From: a virus
Taxonomy: Duplodnaviria; Caudoviricetes
Strand: one strand, 5' to 3'
IMG/VR virus record: IMGVR_UViG_3300023260_000002
Coordinates: 1 to 51,673 of that record
Length of the DNA stretch: 51,673 bases
A program made the translations under genes and the position numbers. A model generated the notes under the pieces. It did not search any database and was not told the origin of the DNA. It worked only from the letters and a program-made list of their open reading frames with translations. This document shows, piece after piece, positions 9,661-18,866 of this stretch (the stretch's first letter is position 1; every line of letters begins with the position of its first letter).

Positions 9661-10266
9661 TTATTCTCCAAGTTCAAAAATGCTTGCAGGCGCGTAGAAA
9701 GGCACGGCAGGAGTTAATCCAGTCGACCACTTAGCAGAGCCAGAATAGAACTTCCTGGTTTTAGTTGATCTTTGAATTACCTCATCAGCGAACACGGAAA
9801 CGTTAGTTACATAGAAGGCCTCAAAGTTTCCTTCTGCATCCCGTCCGGCAGTCAGGTAAACCATTTTCCAGTTGCGTCTACGATTTACAGCCGCCCAGAA
9901 GTTACGGTTTGCCATTACTCCCAATGAGTCGAATGTGAGTTCGTGATCTGAACCGGTCCTTTCGGTAGGAACAAGTCCAAAACCTTCTTCTTCAGTAGGT
10001 GTGCCCATAGGTTTTTCACCACGGGTATTAAGGACTATAAAAGCCTGTTCCGGTGAGGCGTTTAATAGCTCAGTCCACCAATCTGGATCTTCCAGGTATG
10101 TTTCAAGGCTTTCAATGTCCACTGGAACAGATGGCCGGAGCAAAGCAAGAGCAACGATACCGCCTAATTCACTACCGCATTCAAGCTGTACGTGAACCGG
10201 TTGCTCGTCAATACAAAATATGTCAGCTCGTCTATTGAAGAAGGCTAACGGGTTATTAAAATTCAT
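9661..10266 (-). CDS. Putative major tail (tube) protein
   Basis: 201 aa, C...E.GGI N-terminal pattern and beta-rich composition; no other tube candidate in the genome. Confidence 0.55.
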   Translation of the reverse strand: MNFNNPLAFFNRRADIFCIDEQPVHVQLECGSELGGIVALALLRPSVPVDIESLETYLEDPDWWTELLNASPEQAFIVLNTRGEKPMGTPTEEEGFGLVPTERTGSDHELTFDSLGVMANRNFWAAVNRRRNWKMVYLTAGRDAEGNFEAFYVTNVSVFADEVIQRSTKTRKFYSGSAKWSTGLTPAVPFYAPASIFELGE

Positions 10267-10345
10267 TTTTTTAATTTCTTTGGAATTCCATTACTTTAAT
10301 CTCTTCCCTTTCAGGAACATCACTTTATATTTTTTTTACAAAAGG

Positions 10346-11596
10346 TCACAATACATTTCGAACCACAGAGTTCTTTTCAGTCAGTAAGCAAGTAGCACTC
10401 TTTAAAGGCCATCTCATATTACCTTCGTTCAACTGGTACTTTTCTTCCTTCTTCCAGGATTTATTAAAGGCTGTAAGTGTTTGGTGTTTCAGCACCCTTC
10501 GAAGCTTCTTATGGAAGTAGTACGGTGCATGTTTTATCTCCAAAAGTCTTTGAGTTTTTACCTGTGAAGATGTGGTAATTATGGAGGATGTTAATTCCAT
10601 TGCCTCATCTTCTTCCGGCTCTTCTTCGTGAACAAATCGGCAAGGCACACGTATCCCAAATGAAGTATCTGGACTGTCATTTGCGTATATCAATCCATCA
10701 AAGTTCCTTTGGTTTGAGTATTCAAAGAAGACAGTTTCATCATGCGATGTCTGGATATCCAGGCAATCAGATTTTGCTAACAAAGTGTTTTCATTTACAT
10801 ATAAAATGCTATCTACTGGAATTATTATTGAAATCTGTGCCGTACCAGTAGAAATACTGGATATTAGTGATATTTTTAATATAGTGGTTTCGTCAGTGGT
10901 AGCTGAAAAATATTCTGTATAATTATACGTGCCATTTTCTAATATTGTTTTATCTGTTGCCGTAAGAGTACCAATTGCAACCGGACCCGATCCATTTTCT
11001 ACATAAAATGATACAAAAATAGGACTTGATCCATTTGGAGTCCATGTGCCGTTAACAATTATTTGATAACTAAAAGATATGAATGTGCCTGCTGGTACTA
11101 TAATAGATTGGGTGGCTTCAATAGCAAAATCTGATGATGTAAGTGATTCCCCGAATAAAGTGGAATTTTTTACGTCAAAAGAAGAAATGGTATCTGTCCA
11201 TGAGCTTGGTGCCAATAGCCTTTCAATGTTATCCACATCATCATCTGTGATTAATAGTTGTATCTCCTGATTATCTATACCCTGATTAACAGGAATGAAA
11301 CTTGTTTGATAAACTCCTGATTGAATCTCTGCTATCGCTTGGCTGAAAAGGGGTACATTTTCACTATTTTGAGCTATTAAAATAAGATCCTGTCCTGCTG
11401 TATCTTGAAACTGGATTACAATTTCATCGTCACAATTCCACGGCTGACACCAGCATACATGGTGAACCCCTTGGGCCTCGTATTCATTGTATGTCTCGCA
11501 ATTACTTAGCCAAAACTGCACTGGGAGTGCATAGGAAAAGGTCATTCTATCACATTGCTTCCTGGGAAATAGTCTCTTCCTGGTGAACAGGAACAT
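10346..11596 (-). CDS. Putative tail tip / distal tail protein with inserted beta-sandwich domain
   Basis: 416 aa in the tail region; S/T/I-rich central insertion. Confidence 0.45.
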   Translation of the reverse strand: MFLFTRKRLFPRKQCDRMTFSYALPVQFWLSNCETYNEYEAQGVHHVCWCQPWNCDDEIVIQFQDTAGQDLILIAQNSENVPLFSQAIAEIQSGVYQTSFIPVNQGIDNQEIQLLITDDDVDNIERLLAPSSWTDTISSFDVKNSTLFGESLTSSDFAIEATQSIIVPAGTFISFSYQIIVNGTWTPNGSSPIFVSFYVENGSGPVAIGTLTATDKTILENGTYNYTEYFSATTDETTILKISLISSISTGTAQISIIIPVDSILYVNENTLLAKSDCLDIQTSHDETVFFEYSNQRNFDGLIYANDSPDTSFGIRVPCRFVHEEEPEEDEAMELTSSIITTSSQVKTQRLLEIKHAPYYFHKKLRRVLKHQTLTAFNKSWKKEEKYQLNEGNMRWPLKSATCLLTEKNSVVRNVL

Positions 11597-11604
11597 CGAA
11601 TTAC

Positions 11605-11633
11605 TTGTAAATATAGAAAATTTCTTATATTTG
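11605..11633 (+). promoter_or_regulatory. Bacteroidota-type promoter (TTG-N18-TATATTTG)
   Basis: TATATTTG at 11626-11633, upstream of the only + strand gene in the tail region. Confidence 0.65.
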
Positions 11634-11637
11634 TCTC

Positions 11638-11750
11638 ATTCAGCCGCCCGTTACTTTAGACTGAATTAAAAAGCTTTTAGGAGCCTCAGATTGGCGTGCA
11701 GTAACGGGCATTGCTAGTTTGGGGCTCTGTACATTTTAAACCCGTTACAA
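11638..11750 (+). ncRNA. Structured 5' leader with complementary loops (candidate RNA switch)
   Basis: Hairpin attcag/ctgaat carrying gcccgttact; 15-bp hairpin 11681-11727 carrying agtaacgggc; second cccgttac copy at 11741-11748. Confidence 0.6.
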
Positions 11751-11752
11751 AA

Positions 11753-12181
11753 ATGAGAACTTTATTGCTTTGCCTGATCGCAATTTCTTGCGGCGCTCAA
11801 AATGTATCCTTCAATTTCCGAAAGTGGAGTAACCTTGAAACCAGGGAAATTATAATTGACTCTAAAGATCGATTTTCAATTGCTTTAAGCCAAACCGCAT
11901 TTACTGACTCAGATAACATTAGGCTTGCTTTCGATTTCAGAAATGAATACGTAGTTGTTACCCATAATCTGCCAGAAGATTCTGAGCGCATAGATATTCT
12001 ATCAAAACAAGTTTTGTTACACATAGCTTTTTTAAGGCAGGTGGCAGCGCATTACAAAGTGCAAAACTTAAGGATATACATCAGGTTAAGAAAAGATCTA
12101 TACTTATTTTACGATAATGAAGAAGTATGGATGAAAGGTAAAAAAGTGAAAATGAAGGATAAACTATTTAAGGCATTATAG
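11753..12181 (+). CDS. Secreted protein or lipoprotein (moron-like, opposite strand)
   Basis: Start MRTLLLCLIAISCGAQ (signal peptide, possible lipobox Cys); has its own promoter and leader. Confidence 0.65.
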   Translation: MRTLLLCLIAISCGAQNVSFNFRKWSNLETREIIIDSKDRFSIALSQTAFTDSDNIRLAFDFRNEYVVVTHNLPEDSERIDILSKQVLLHIAFLRQVAAHYKVQNLRIYIRLRKDLYLFYDNEEVWMKGKKVKMKDKLFKAL

Positions 12182-13036
12182 GCTGGTAAAATAATTATTC
12201 CATGCGGAGTAAAGTGCGGATTCACTACCTGAAAGAGATGCACCAAGTCCAAATATTCCCATTTGTCTATTCGAGAATGTCCCTATAGAACCATTATTGT
12301 TATTCGCTAATAAAGGTAACGTGAGTAGTGGAACTCCTGCAGAAATAGATGTTATATCCGCACCGACTTGACTTCCGTTTTTGAATATCTTAGATACATT
12401 AGATGCTGTTCTTTGTACTTGAAAAAACCCGGTAGATGTCACACTTGTTCCTCTTGTTACCGCCGTGGCTGCGTTAATCCTGCAACTATGCTGTGCGCTA
12501 CCATCCCTAGAAACAAGCCTTAAGCTAGGATCTGATACACCAGAATTTACTCCAAAATCTACCCTGTTTACAGTTCCTTCATTATTCAAATAACAGAATG
12601 CAGAAGCATCGTTTTGTGTGTACTGTACTGCATGAGTAGAAGCTATGTATCCTGTATCAAAATAAGTTGCTGCTCCATCTCCTTGAAATCCTACATTTGG
12701 CGTAAACGTTAATGCGCCTGCCGGTTCTGATGGTGTAAAAGTTCCAGGATTAACCCAGTTTATTTTTGCGTAGTCAGATTCAAACTCACCCATTACTAAT
12801 TCAGCCGCATCAGTAGCGAATAGATAAAGCAAGTCTAATTCAGTTAAGCATTCACCACAGATATTCTCTAATCTAATAAATAGAGTATTCTGTTTAAGTC
12901 TTTGTGATTCTGACGGCAAGACAGCGGCTGAAAATGAATCTCTTGCATAGTCGAATACATTCGACATCCCTGATCTGTAACGAGGAATTATGTTGAACAG
13001 GAATATTCCTTTGTTATGGTTAAATCGTTTCTGCAT
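12176..13036 (-). CDS. Putative tail fibre / receptor-binding protein (ConA/LamG-like), paralogue of 816..2150
   Basis: GFQGDGAATYFDTG, SKIFKNG and FSNRQMGIFGLGASL motifs; follows the large tail protein. Confidence 0.55.
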   Translation of the reverse strand: MQKRFNHNKGIFLFNIIPRYRSGMSNVFDYARDSFSAAVLPSESQRLKQNTLFIRLENICGECLTELDLLYLFATDAAELVMGEFESDYAKINWVNPGTFTPSEPAGALTFTPNVGFQGDGAATYFDTGYIASTHAVQYTQNDASAFCYLNNEGTVNRVDFGVNSGVSDPSLRLVSRDGSAQHSCRINAATAVTRGTSVTSTGFFQVQRTASNVSKIFKNGSQVGADITSISAGVPLLTLPLLANNNNGSIGTFSNRQMGIFGLGASLSGSESALYSAWNNYFTSL

Positions 13037-16000
13037 AAGTTAGTATTGCTTGATAACATGGCGCATAGGTGAATGGCGCTGGTTCGTTACATTCCATCTC
13101 TGGTGTACTATCGATAACATTGATTCTAAAGAATGTCTTCGGCCATGCTTTTATAACCGCCTCTCCTTTTACAATATCATATTCAAGTATCTTGATTTTA
13201 AAAACTACGTGACCGGTATCTGTTTGGCTTATTCCTATTGATTTCTTCCGGTTGTTCCGGATTTCTTTGTACTCTTCCCATTCCATTGGTATAGTAATAT
13301 CATAAAGCAATGGCAGGAAAAAGTATCCGAAAGAAGAATTATAGGGTACTAGTGGTATGTCATGACTTTCTCCTAATGGATCACAAATAATAGCCTGACA
13401 TACATCACCAAGTGAACATGAGTAATCAGAAACCATGTCATAATTTCCTTCCCCAGAAACAAACTTGTATGATGAAGTTGTATACGATTGAAGGCACCCT
13501 CCTAAATAATTTGCCCATCGTAATAGATTACGCATGGGAGTAAGAATCAAATTGTATCTTGTATCTGAATTTAAAATTCCTGAAACAGAATCGAAGTTTT
13601 CATCCAATTCAGGTATGTATACTTCAGGGCTTACATGATCATGATTAATAGCTAATATAAAGTTATCATTATCATACTTATAGTCTTTTGACTTTTCACG
13701 TGTTGTTCTGCGTGCGCTTTCAAGTGCAAGACCTGCAGCAATGAATTCACTTTCAAGAATTATTTCTTTGCCTACATGCTTAAATCGTGTCGCGTAAGTA
13801 TGCTTTGTTTGTGGATCATCTATTCCGGAAATATCCTCAGATTCCCATTTTTTATAACCTACTTTTATCCTGCTGAAGATCATGTTTTGATCATATGATG
13901 ACCTTATCTCTCTTACATTGGAGAAATAAACAGAAATATCATCTTCAACAACATGCTCTTTTTGTTCCACGCGTATCACCTGTACGTCATCTATTATTTC
14001 ATAACCAAGACTAAGGTTTAAAATTGGATTAATTCCGTTCCATATTTGTTTCACTGAAATGAAGAAAGGCTTTTCCTCTATGGAATAACCGCGAACTTGA
14101 ACACCTTTCATTATTACATAATACTGCCCGCAATCATCGCTAAGGAAATCAGAATATAATGGATTCAAGCCAAGTCCAATTCTGGAAAGTGTGGCATTAA
14201 ATAGATCTCGTAATAAGTAACCCTCTGCTGTTGTGTTTCTGAATGTGGTATCTCCTGAAATTATCAAATGATTATCAGGAGTTCCAGTGCCAGGATATGG
14301 CACTAACTTAGTATCGTTATAAATGGTAGTTACAAATGTTATCGGTGTAACTCCTAATTCAACATCCTCAGTAGACTGAATCCAATACGTACCTCCGTTA
14401 GTATCTCCGTTTACGATAAACATTGTTGCGTCTTGCAGTTCTACGATTGAGTCTGCATCCGTAGCCCTTGTCCACGCTCCGGCTGCAACAACCCAAATAC
14501 CGTTTTCTTTTGAGTCACCCTGATTCTTTACAAGAACTCGATCACCGATACCAGCAGAGTAATTATCTATTAATTGAGTACCTGACAATACAAGTGCAAT
14601 TGTACTGGCAACATCTACGTCATTTTTCCAATCATTTATTCTGCTACCGAATACATCTGTAGTTCCTGCTCCTGAATCAGTTACTCCAAATATTGTTATT
14701 TGTTGACCCTTTGATAAGGTGAATGAGCCATTGAATGTGTGTACAAATAAATATTGTCCTGAACCATTATTAATTGATGTCCTATTGAATAAAATGTAGT
14801 CTGTTTCATTAACTCCTGACCCAGTATTCCCTATTCTAAACCTTGGCGCTCCTAATGCATTCTGCCATACTCCAGAAAAAAATGAACCGCTTTCGATACG
14901 AATATCAAAAGTATAAGTTCCATCATAAGGAGCTTCAAATATTCCTGGCAGGATATTAAGCGGAGAGGTTGTAACATCAACTCTTGGTAAGGAGAACTTT
15001 TGGATATCATCAATTATTTCAGTATCCCAATCAATTTGTATAGTTCCATCTCCGGCAGGATTTGGGTATTGAACTGTTTCCTTCCATGTATATTCTCCAT
15101 TGTATCTTATCTTCTGACTCTTTAGGTTAACTGTTACAGGGGTCACTGCATCTACCGGATTTCCATCAAGATCTACAAGGTCAGATAGATTTACAGGTGT
15201 ATCTATCCTGTTCATAAACTTAGACCAAAAATCATCACGAATAATAGGTAACTGCATTTTATTATCAGGCATTTCATTCTTTCCTGATAAATCGACTAGC
15301 CCATTAAATATTTCATCAAATGTAACATCGTCAGGTGCATACTCTGCTAATAATTCAATATTTACATCAACCCCATAATTTTCTTCAACATCTTTTATAA
15401 ATTCTACACCTCCGTTTTCTACACCGTTTTCTCCATAGAAAATAAAGGCTCCGCCAGCAGATCCTTCATATCTTTCAATCAATGAAAAAAACTCGTCGTC
15501 TCTTTCAAGTTTTATTTTGCCACCTTTCCATCCATCAGGTTCTGATATTTCTTGTTCCTCTCCAACTCCCTCTACACTGATCAACTCTATCAAATCAATT
15601 GTAAATAAAACGTTATAGCCAGATCCTGGTCCAGACTTTATAAACTTAAAAAACAGTTTTTGATAATACTGCGAAAGTGTAAATGTTACCTCATTCGTTA
15701 TAGAACCGGAACCAACTGTCCACAAAGCTGTTCCTGTGTAAGAAATAGAATCATCTAAAGCTGATCCAGTATCGGAACCAAAAATTGCCAATCCACTCTC
15801 TAATGGAGAGGAGCCACCAGTTGATGCATTAGTAGCTGTTATCTGAATTGTATAATCTCCAGGAGTCCATCCAATAGATTGGTTATCAGGTCTTGTCTGA
15901 CCTATAGCAGAAGTATTTGGGGTTGCTCCTGATGCCCTTGCAGATGATGGATTATTCCAAACAAAATTTGCGTCTGAGCCACTGTTTAATTGATCCCATC

Positions 16001-16085
16001 CGGTTATGGATACCTCAAATTCATTATTAGTAAATTGAAGATCAGTTACAGTAAGTTGATGATTTAAAGTAAATCTGAATCTCAT
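13020..16085 (-). CDS. Large tail tip / hub protein with inserted domains
   Basis: 1021 aa directly downstream of the tape measure gene; contains the GDRVLVKNQ...ENGIWVV...WTRATDAD module. Confidence 0.65.
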   Translation of the reverse strand: MRFRFTLNHQLTVTDLQFTNNEFEVSITGWDQLNSGSDANFVWNNPSSARASGATPNTSAIGQTRPDNQSIGWTPGDYTIQITATNASTGGSSPLESGLAIFGSDTGSALDDSISYTGTALWTVGSGSITNEVTFTLSQYYQKLFFKFIKSGPGSGYNVLFTIDLIELISVEGVGEEQEISEPDGWKGGKIKLERDDEFFSLIERYEGSAGGAFIFYGENGVENGGVEFIKDVEENYGVDVNIELLAEYAPDDVTFDEIFNGLVDLSGKNEMPDNKMQLPIIRDDFWSKFMNRIDTPVNLSDLVDLDGNPVDAVTPVTVNLKSQKIRYNGEYTWKETVQYPNPAGDGTIQIDWDTEIIDDIQKFSLPRVDVTTSPLNILPGIFEAPYDGTYTFDIRIESGSFFSGVWQNALGAPRFRIGNTGSGVNETDYILFNRTSINNGSGQYLFVHTFNGSFTLSKGQQITIFGVTDSGAGTTDVFGSRINDWKNDVDVASTIALVLSGTQLIDNYSAGIGDRVLVKNQGDSKENGIWVVAAGAWTRATDADSIVELQDATMFIVNGDTNGGTYWIQSTEDVELGVTPITFVTTIYNDTKLVPYPGTGTPDNHLIISGDTTFRNTTAEGYLLRDLFNATLSRIGLGLNPLYSDFLSDDCGQYYVIMKGVQVRGYSIEEKPFFISVKQIWNGINPILNLSLGYEIIDDVQVIRVEQKEHVVEDDISVYFSNVREIRSSYDQNMIFSRIKVGYKKWESEDISGIDDPQTKHTYATRFKHVGKEIILESEFIAAGLALESARRTTREKSKDYKYDNDNFILAINHDHVSPEVYIPELDENFDSVSGILNSDTRYNLILTPMRNLLRWANYLGGCLQSYTTSSYKFVSGEGNYDMVSDYSCSLGDVCQAIICDPLGESHDIPLVPYNSSFGYFFLPLLYDITIPMEWEEYKEIRNNRKKSIGISQTDTGHVVFKIKILEYDIVKGEAVIKAWPKTFFRINVIDSTPEMECNEPAPFTYAPCYQAILTYAETI

Positions 16086-18502
16086 ACATTCATTGATTTA
16101 CTTCTCACCCATTGCTTATAGTTATCGCTTTTTCTTCGCGTCTCATAAACTAGATTGGAACGCTGAACAATGTCAGGCTGTGAGTCTTTCAAGTCTTTCA
16201 AACCTTTTACTATTGGGCTAATGTCTACACTAGTTCCTGTTGAGCCACCAGATCTTCCAGAAGTAATATCCTTCAATACTTTGTCATTAAGCTTACGGGC
16301 ACGTACGGCTTTGAATATGCCTTTTGATGATGCCGTTTCGTCTGCCGTCATCACAGACTCACCTTTTGAAAGTCTGGCCGGTATTGAATCGCTTGTTTTA
16401 GTGCCTGGACCTTTAAGATCAATTACACCATCTTTATATCCGCTGTACTGTGAATTGCTTATAACGGCTAATTGCACCGCTGTTTCACCAGCAATCAAAA
16501 GAGACGCAACAACGGCAGCTGGATATGGCAGAGTAGCAAAAGCATTTATAACTCCGGCAGCTCCGTTAATAATCGTAGTAAGTCGTTTTGCTTCTTTGTC
16601 AGCCTCAAATGCTTTCTTCCTTAACTTTGATTCTTCTCTATCTCTTTTAATTGCTAACTCCATTTTGGCGCGTTCGTTGTCTCCCGCTAAATTCATTTGC
16701 TCATCATAGAATCCCCTAAGTTGATTTAGTTGGATATCATATGAATCTGCATTCTGTTGAACAAATGAATTAATAAGAGTAGATGTGTCTTGAATTCCTG
16801 AGCTAACAATATTTCGCCAATTATCCGCGAACTCTTCACCTATCTTTTGCCATGCGTCTGGTTCGAAAGGGGCCGGTTTTACTTTTACTTGTAGTGGCTT
16901 TAGATAAAGATAAGTTTGTATCTCTTCCACAAGCTTATCTATTTGAGCCTTAGTGTCTACTAGCGTTTGTTTATCAACAACCCTTGGAACGAATGGAGTT
17001 TTTGCTGGTTTTGGTTTATCCGAAAGCGTGTCTCTGCCTAGAATTTTATCTCTTAATTCTATTTCTTTTTCAGTCTCTTGATTAACTTTTTTAAGTGCTA
17101 ACAATCTGCCTTGAAGAAGTTTCAATATCTCTTGATCAATTAACGTATCTTCTTTTTTAACGTCTATCATATCCTTTCGGAACTTGATATTCTGAGCGAG
17201 TGATATTATTTCATCTTGGCTTGCATTGAATGTTTTCTTTTTGGTATCCAATTCTATTTCATCGGCTCGGTTCTGTTCCTCCATCGTGTCTCTAAATCTA
17301 GCCCATGATCCTATTGATTTAGTGAGTACTGCAATTTCTTCTTCAAGAGTCTTTATATTTTGCTCTTTGCTTTTTGTAAATGTCCGGTTAACAAATTCAT
17401 TTTCGCTTATTCTTGCAATCTCTGCACGCTGTTGCTCTGCGAATACCTGAGATACATCGATACCACGGTTATGAGCTTCGATCCATGCTTTAAACGAATC
17501 AGTATAGCTTTTCAGAAGCCCAATTATACCTCCTGATGTTCCTTCAGTGAAAAACTTTGCAGCCTCAACCCTTAATTCATGCCAAGAAACTGTTAACTGA
17601 TCTACTTGAGTTGCAGCAGTAGCAACATAGCCGCCCATCTTCTGCATTTCCACTTGCGCAATGTCAGCTACTGCATTTGTCACATCTCCTACACTCTGAG
17701 CGGCCAATGCAGCACCATTAAATTCTGCTTTCAACCTAGTTGCTGATATACCTAAGTTATCCAGGATTAGGATTGATTTCCTGCCTATACCGGTAACAAT
17801 TGAGTTAACCAGGTAATCGACTGACACTCCAGTTTGCTGCGCTCTTATAGCCGCGAATTCAAGCAACTCAGGAAGCCTCTGAACATCAATACCGAAGTTT
17901 TGAGCCTGCAGAGCCTTTTGCATCAATTCCAGATCGGTTACTGAATTCTGGGTTGCTGCACGTAGTTGGTTAAGTAATCCTACCGAATTAGGAATTTGTT
18001 TTTCAAAAGCCCTTTGTACACCCTCTACATTACCACTTAACTTAGCCATTTCCAGTGCTATGTTTACTACCTCCCTGGCAAGACCAGCAGCTATTAATAA
18101 CCTTATTGCACTGTATACATCGCCGAATTGTGTAGCAAGGTTTTTAGTATCCGCAGCAGCAGCTTTTGTTGCCTTTGCTGATTCGAATAGGGATTTATTA
18201 TACGCATCAATCTGCGCTTTTAAGGACTTGTATTGATTTGATAATTGCTGAAGTCTAGCGGTATCTTGAGTGCTTGTGAGCTTGATTTGCTGCCGTAGCC
18301 TGGCAAGCTCTATTTCCATTCCTTCAATATACTTTGAAGCAGATTGAAAGCTTTTACCGGCCTGATTGCCAAAATTCTGGGTAGCGTTTCTTAGTTGATC
18401 TGTTGATTGTGATGCTCGATTTAAAACCTGATTACTCTTTTCAACTTCTATGGTATTAACCTTATAGTTGATATTAATATCAGTCTGCCGCTGTTTAGCC
18501 AT
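16082..18502 (-). CDS. Tail tape measure protein
   Basis: 806 aa helical A/Q/K-rich; SIVTGIGRKSILILDNLGIS motif; C-terminal GPGTKTSDSIPARLSKGESV motif. Confidence 0.9.
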   Translation of the reverse strand: MAKQRQTDININYKVNTIEVEKSNQVLNRASQSTDQLRNATQNFGNQAGKSFQSASKYIEGMEIELARLRQQIKLTSTQDTARLQQLSNQYKSLKAQIDAYNKSLFESAKATKAAAADTKNLATQFGDVYSAIRLLIAAGLAREVVNIALEMAKLSGNVEGVQRAFEKQIPNSVGLLNQLRAATQNSVTDLELMQKALQAQNFGIDVQRLPELLEFAAIRAQQTGVSVDYLVNSIVTGIGRKSILILDNLGISATRLKAEFNGAALAAQSVGDVTNAVADIAQVEMQKMGGYVATAATQVDQLTVSWHELRVEAAKFFTEGTSGGIIGLLKSYTDSFKAWIEAHNRGIDVSQVFAEQQRAEIARISENEFVNRTFTKSKEQNIKTLEEEIAVLTKSIGSWARFRDTMEEQNRADEIELDTKKKTFNASQDEIISLAQNIKFRKDMIDVKKEDTLIDQEILKLLQGRLLALKKVNQETEKEIELRDKILGRDTLSDKPKPAKTPFVPRVVDKQTLVDTKAQIDKLVEEIQTYLYLKPLQVKVKPAPFEPDAWQKIGEEFADNWRNIVSSGIQDTSTLINSFVQQNADSYDIQLNQLRGFYDEQMNLAGDNERAKMELAIKRDREESKLRKKAFEADKEAKRLTTIINGAAGVINAFATLPYPAAVVASLLIAGETAVQLAVISNSQYSGYKDGVIDLKGPGTKTSDSIPARLSKGESVMTADETASSKGIFKAVRARKLNDKVLKDITSGRSGGSTGTSVDISPIVKGLKDLKDSQPDIVQRSNLVYETRRKSDNYKQWVRSKSMNV

Positions 18503-18554
18503 GAAGGCATAGAAGTGAAATTTAAGTGGATAGTCTCATTCGCGGCAAAGCGAA

Positions 18555-18866
18555 TCATTTTGCACCAAAAGGCTCATTTTCAAGTGAAGAAGACTCTGCC
18601 TTATTTTTCTTATTAAGTGCTAATATACGGTTCAGAAATGAAAAAATGTCCATTTTACGCAATTCCTTTTCCTTTACCGGATCACCGTCAGCCAGCAAAA
18701 CAAAGTCTTCCTCCCAGGCTCTCAGGAATTGTCCTCTACTACTTTCCGCAGATCCAAGTTCAGATCCTGGGTTATCCCATCCTGAATTCTCAAATGCTCC
18801 TGCAAATATTCTACCGAGATACTCTTCAGATTGAATAACTCTCCGATAGGCTTCGTCAAAAAAAAA
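18555..18866 (-). CDS. -1 frameshift extension of the tail assembly chaperone (gpGT-like)
   Basis: T9 run (A9 on + at 18858-18866, GAT TTT TTT TTG); the -1 frame is open FDEAYRRV...LADGDPVKEKELRKMDIFSFL...GAK to TGA at 18555. Confidence 0.8.
   Translation of the reverse strand, partial: FFFDEAYRRVIQSEEYLGRIFAGAFENSGWDNPGSELGSAESSRGQFLRAWEEDFVLLADGDPVKEKELRKMDIFSFLNRILALNKKNKAESSSLENEPFGAK

Noticed and set aside
16170-18838. + strand ORFs within the TMP and chaperone region (16170, 17226, 18526, 18617)
   Set aside because: Antisense shadows; 18526..18834 mirrors the frameshift extension.
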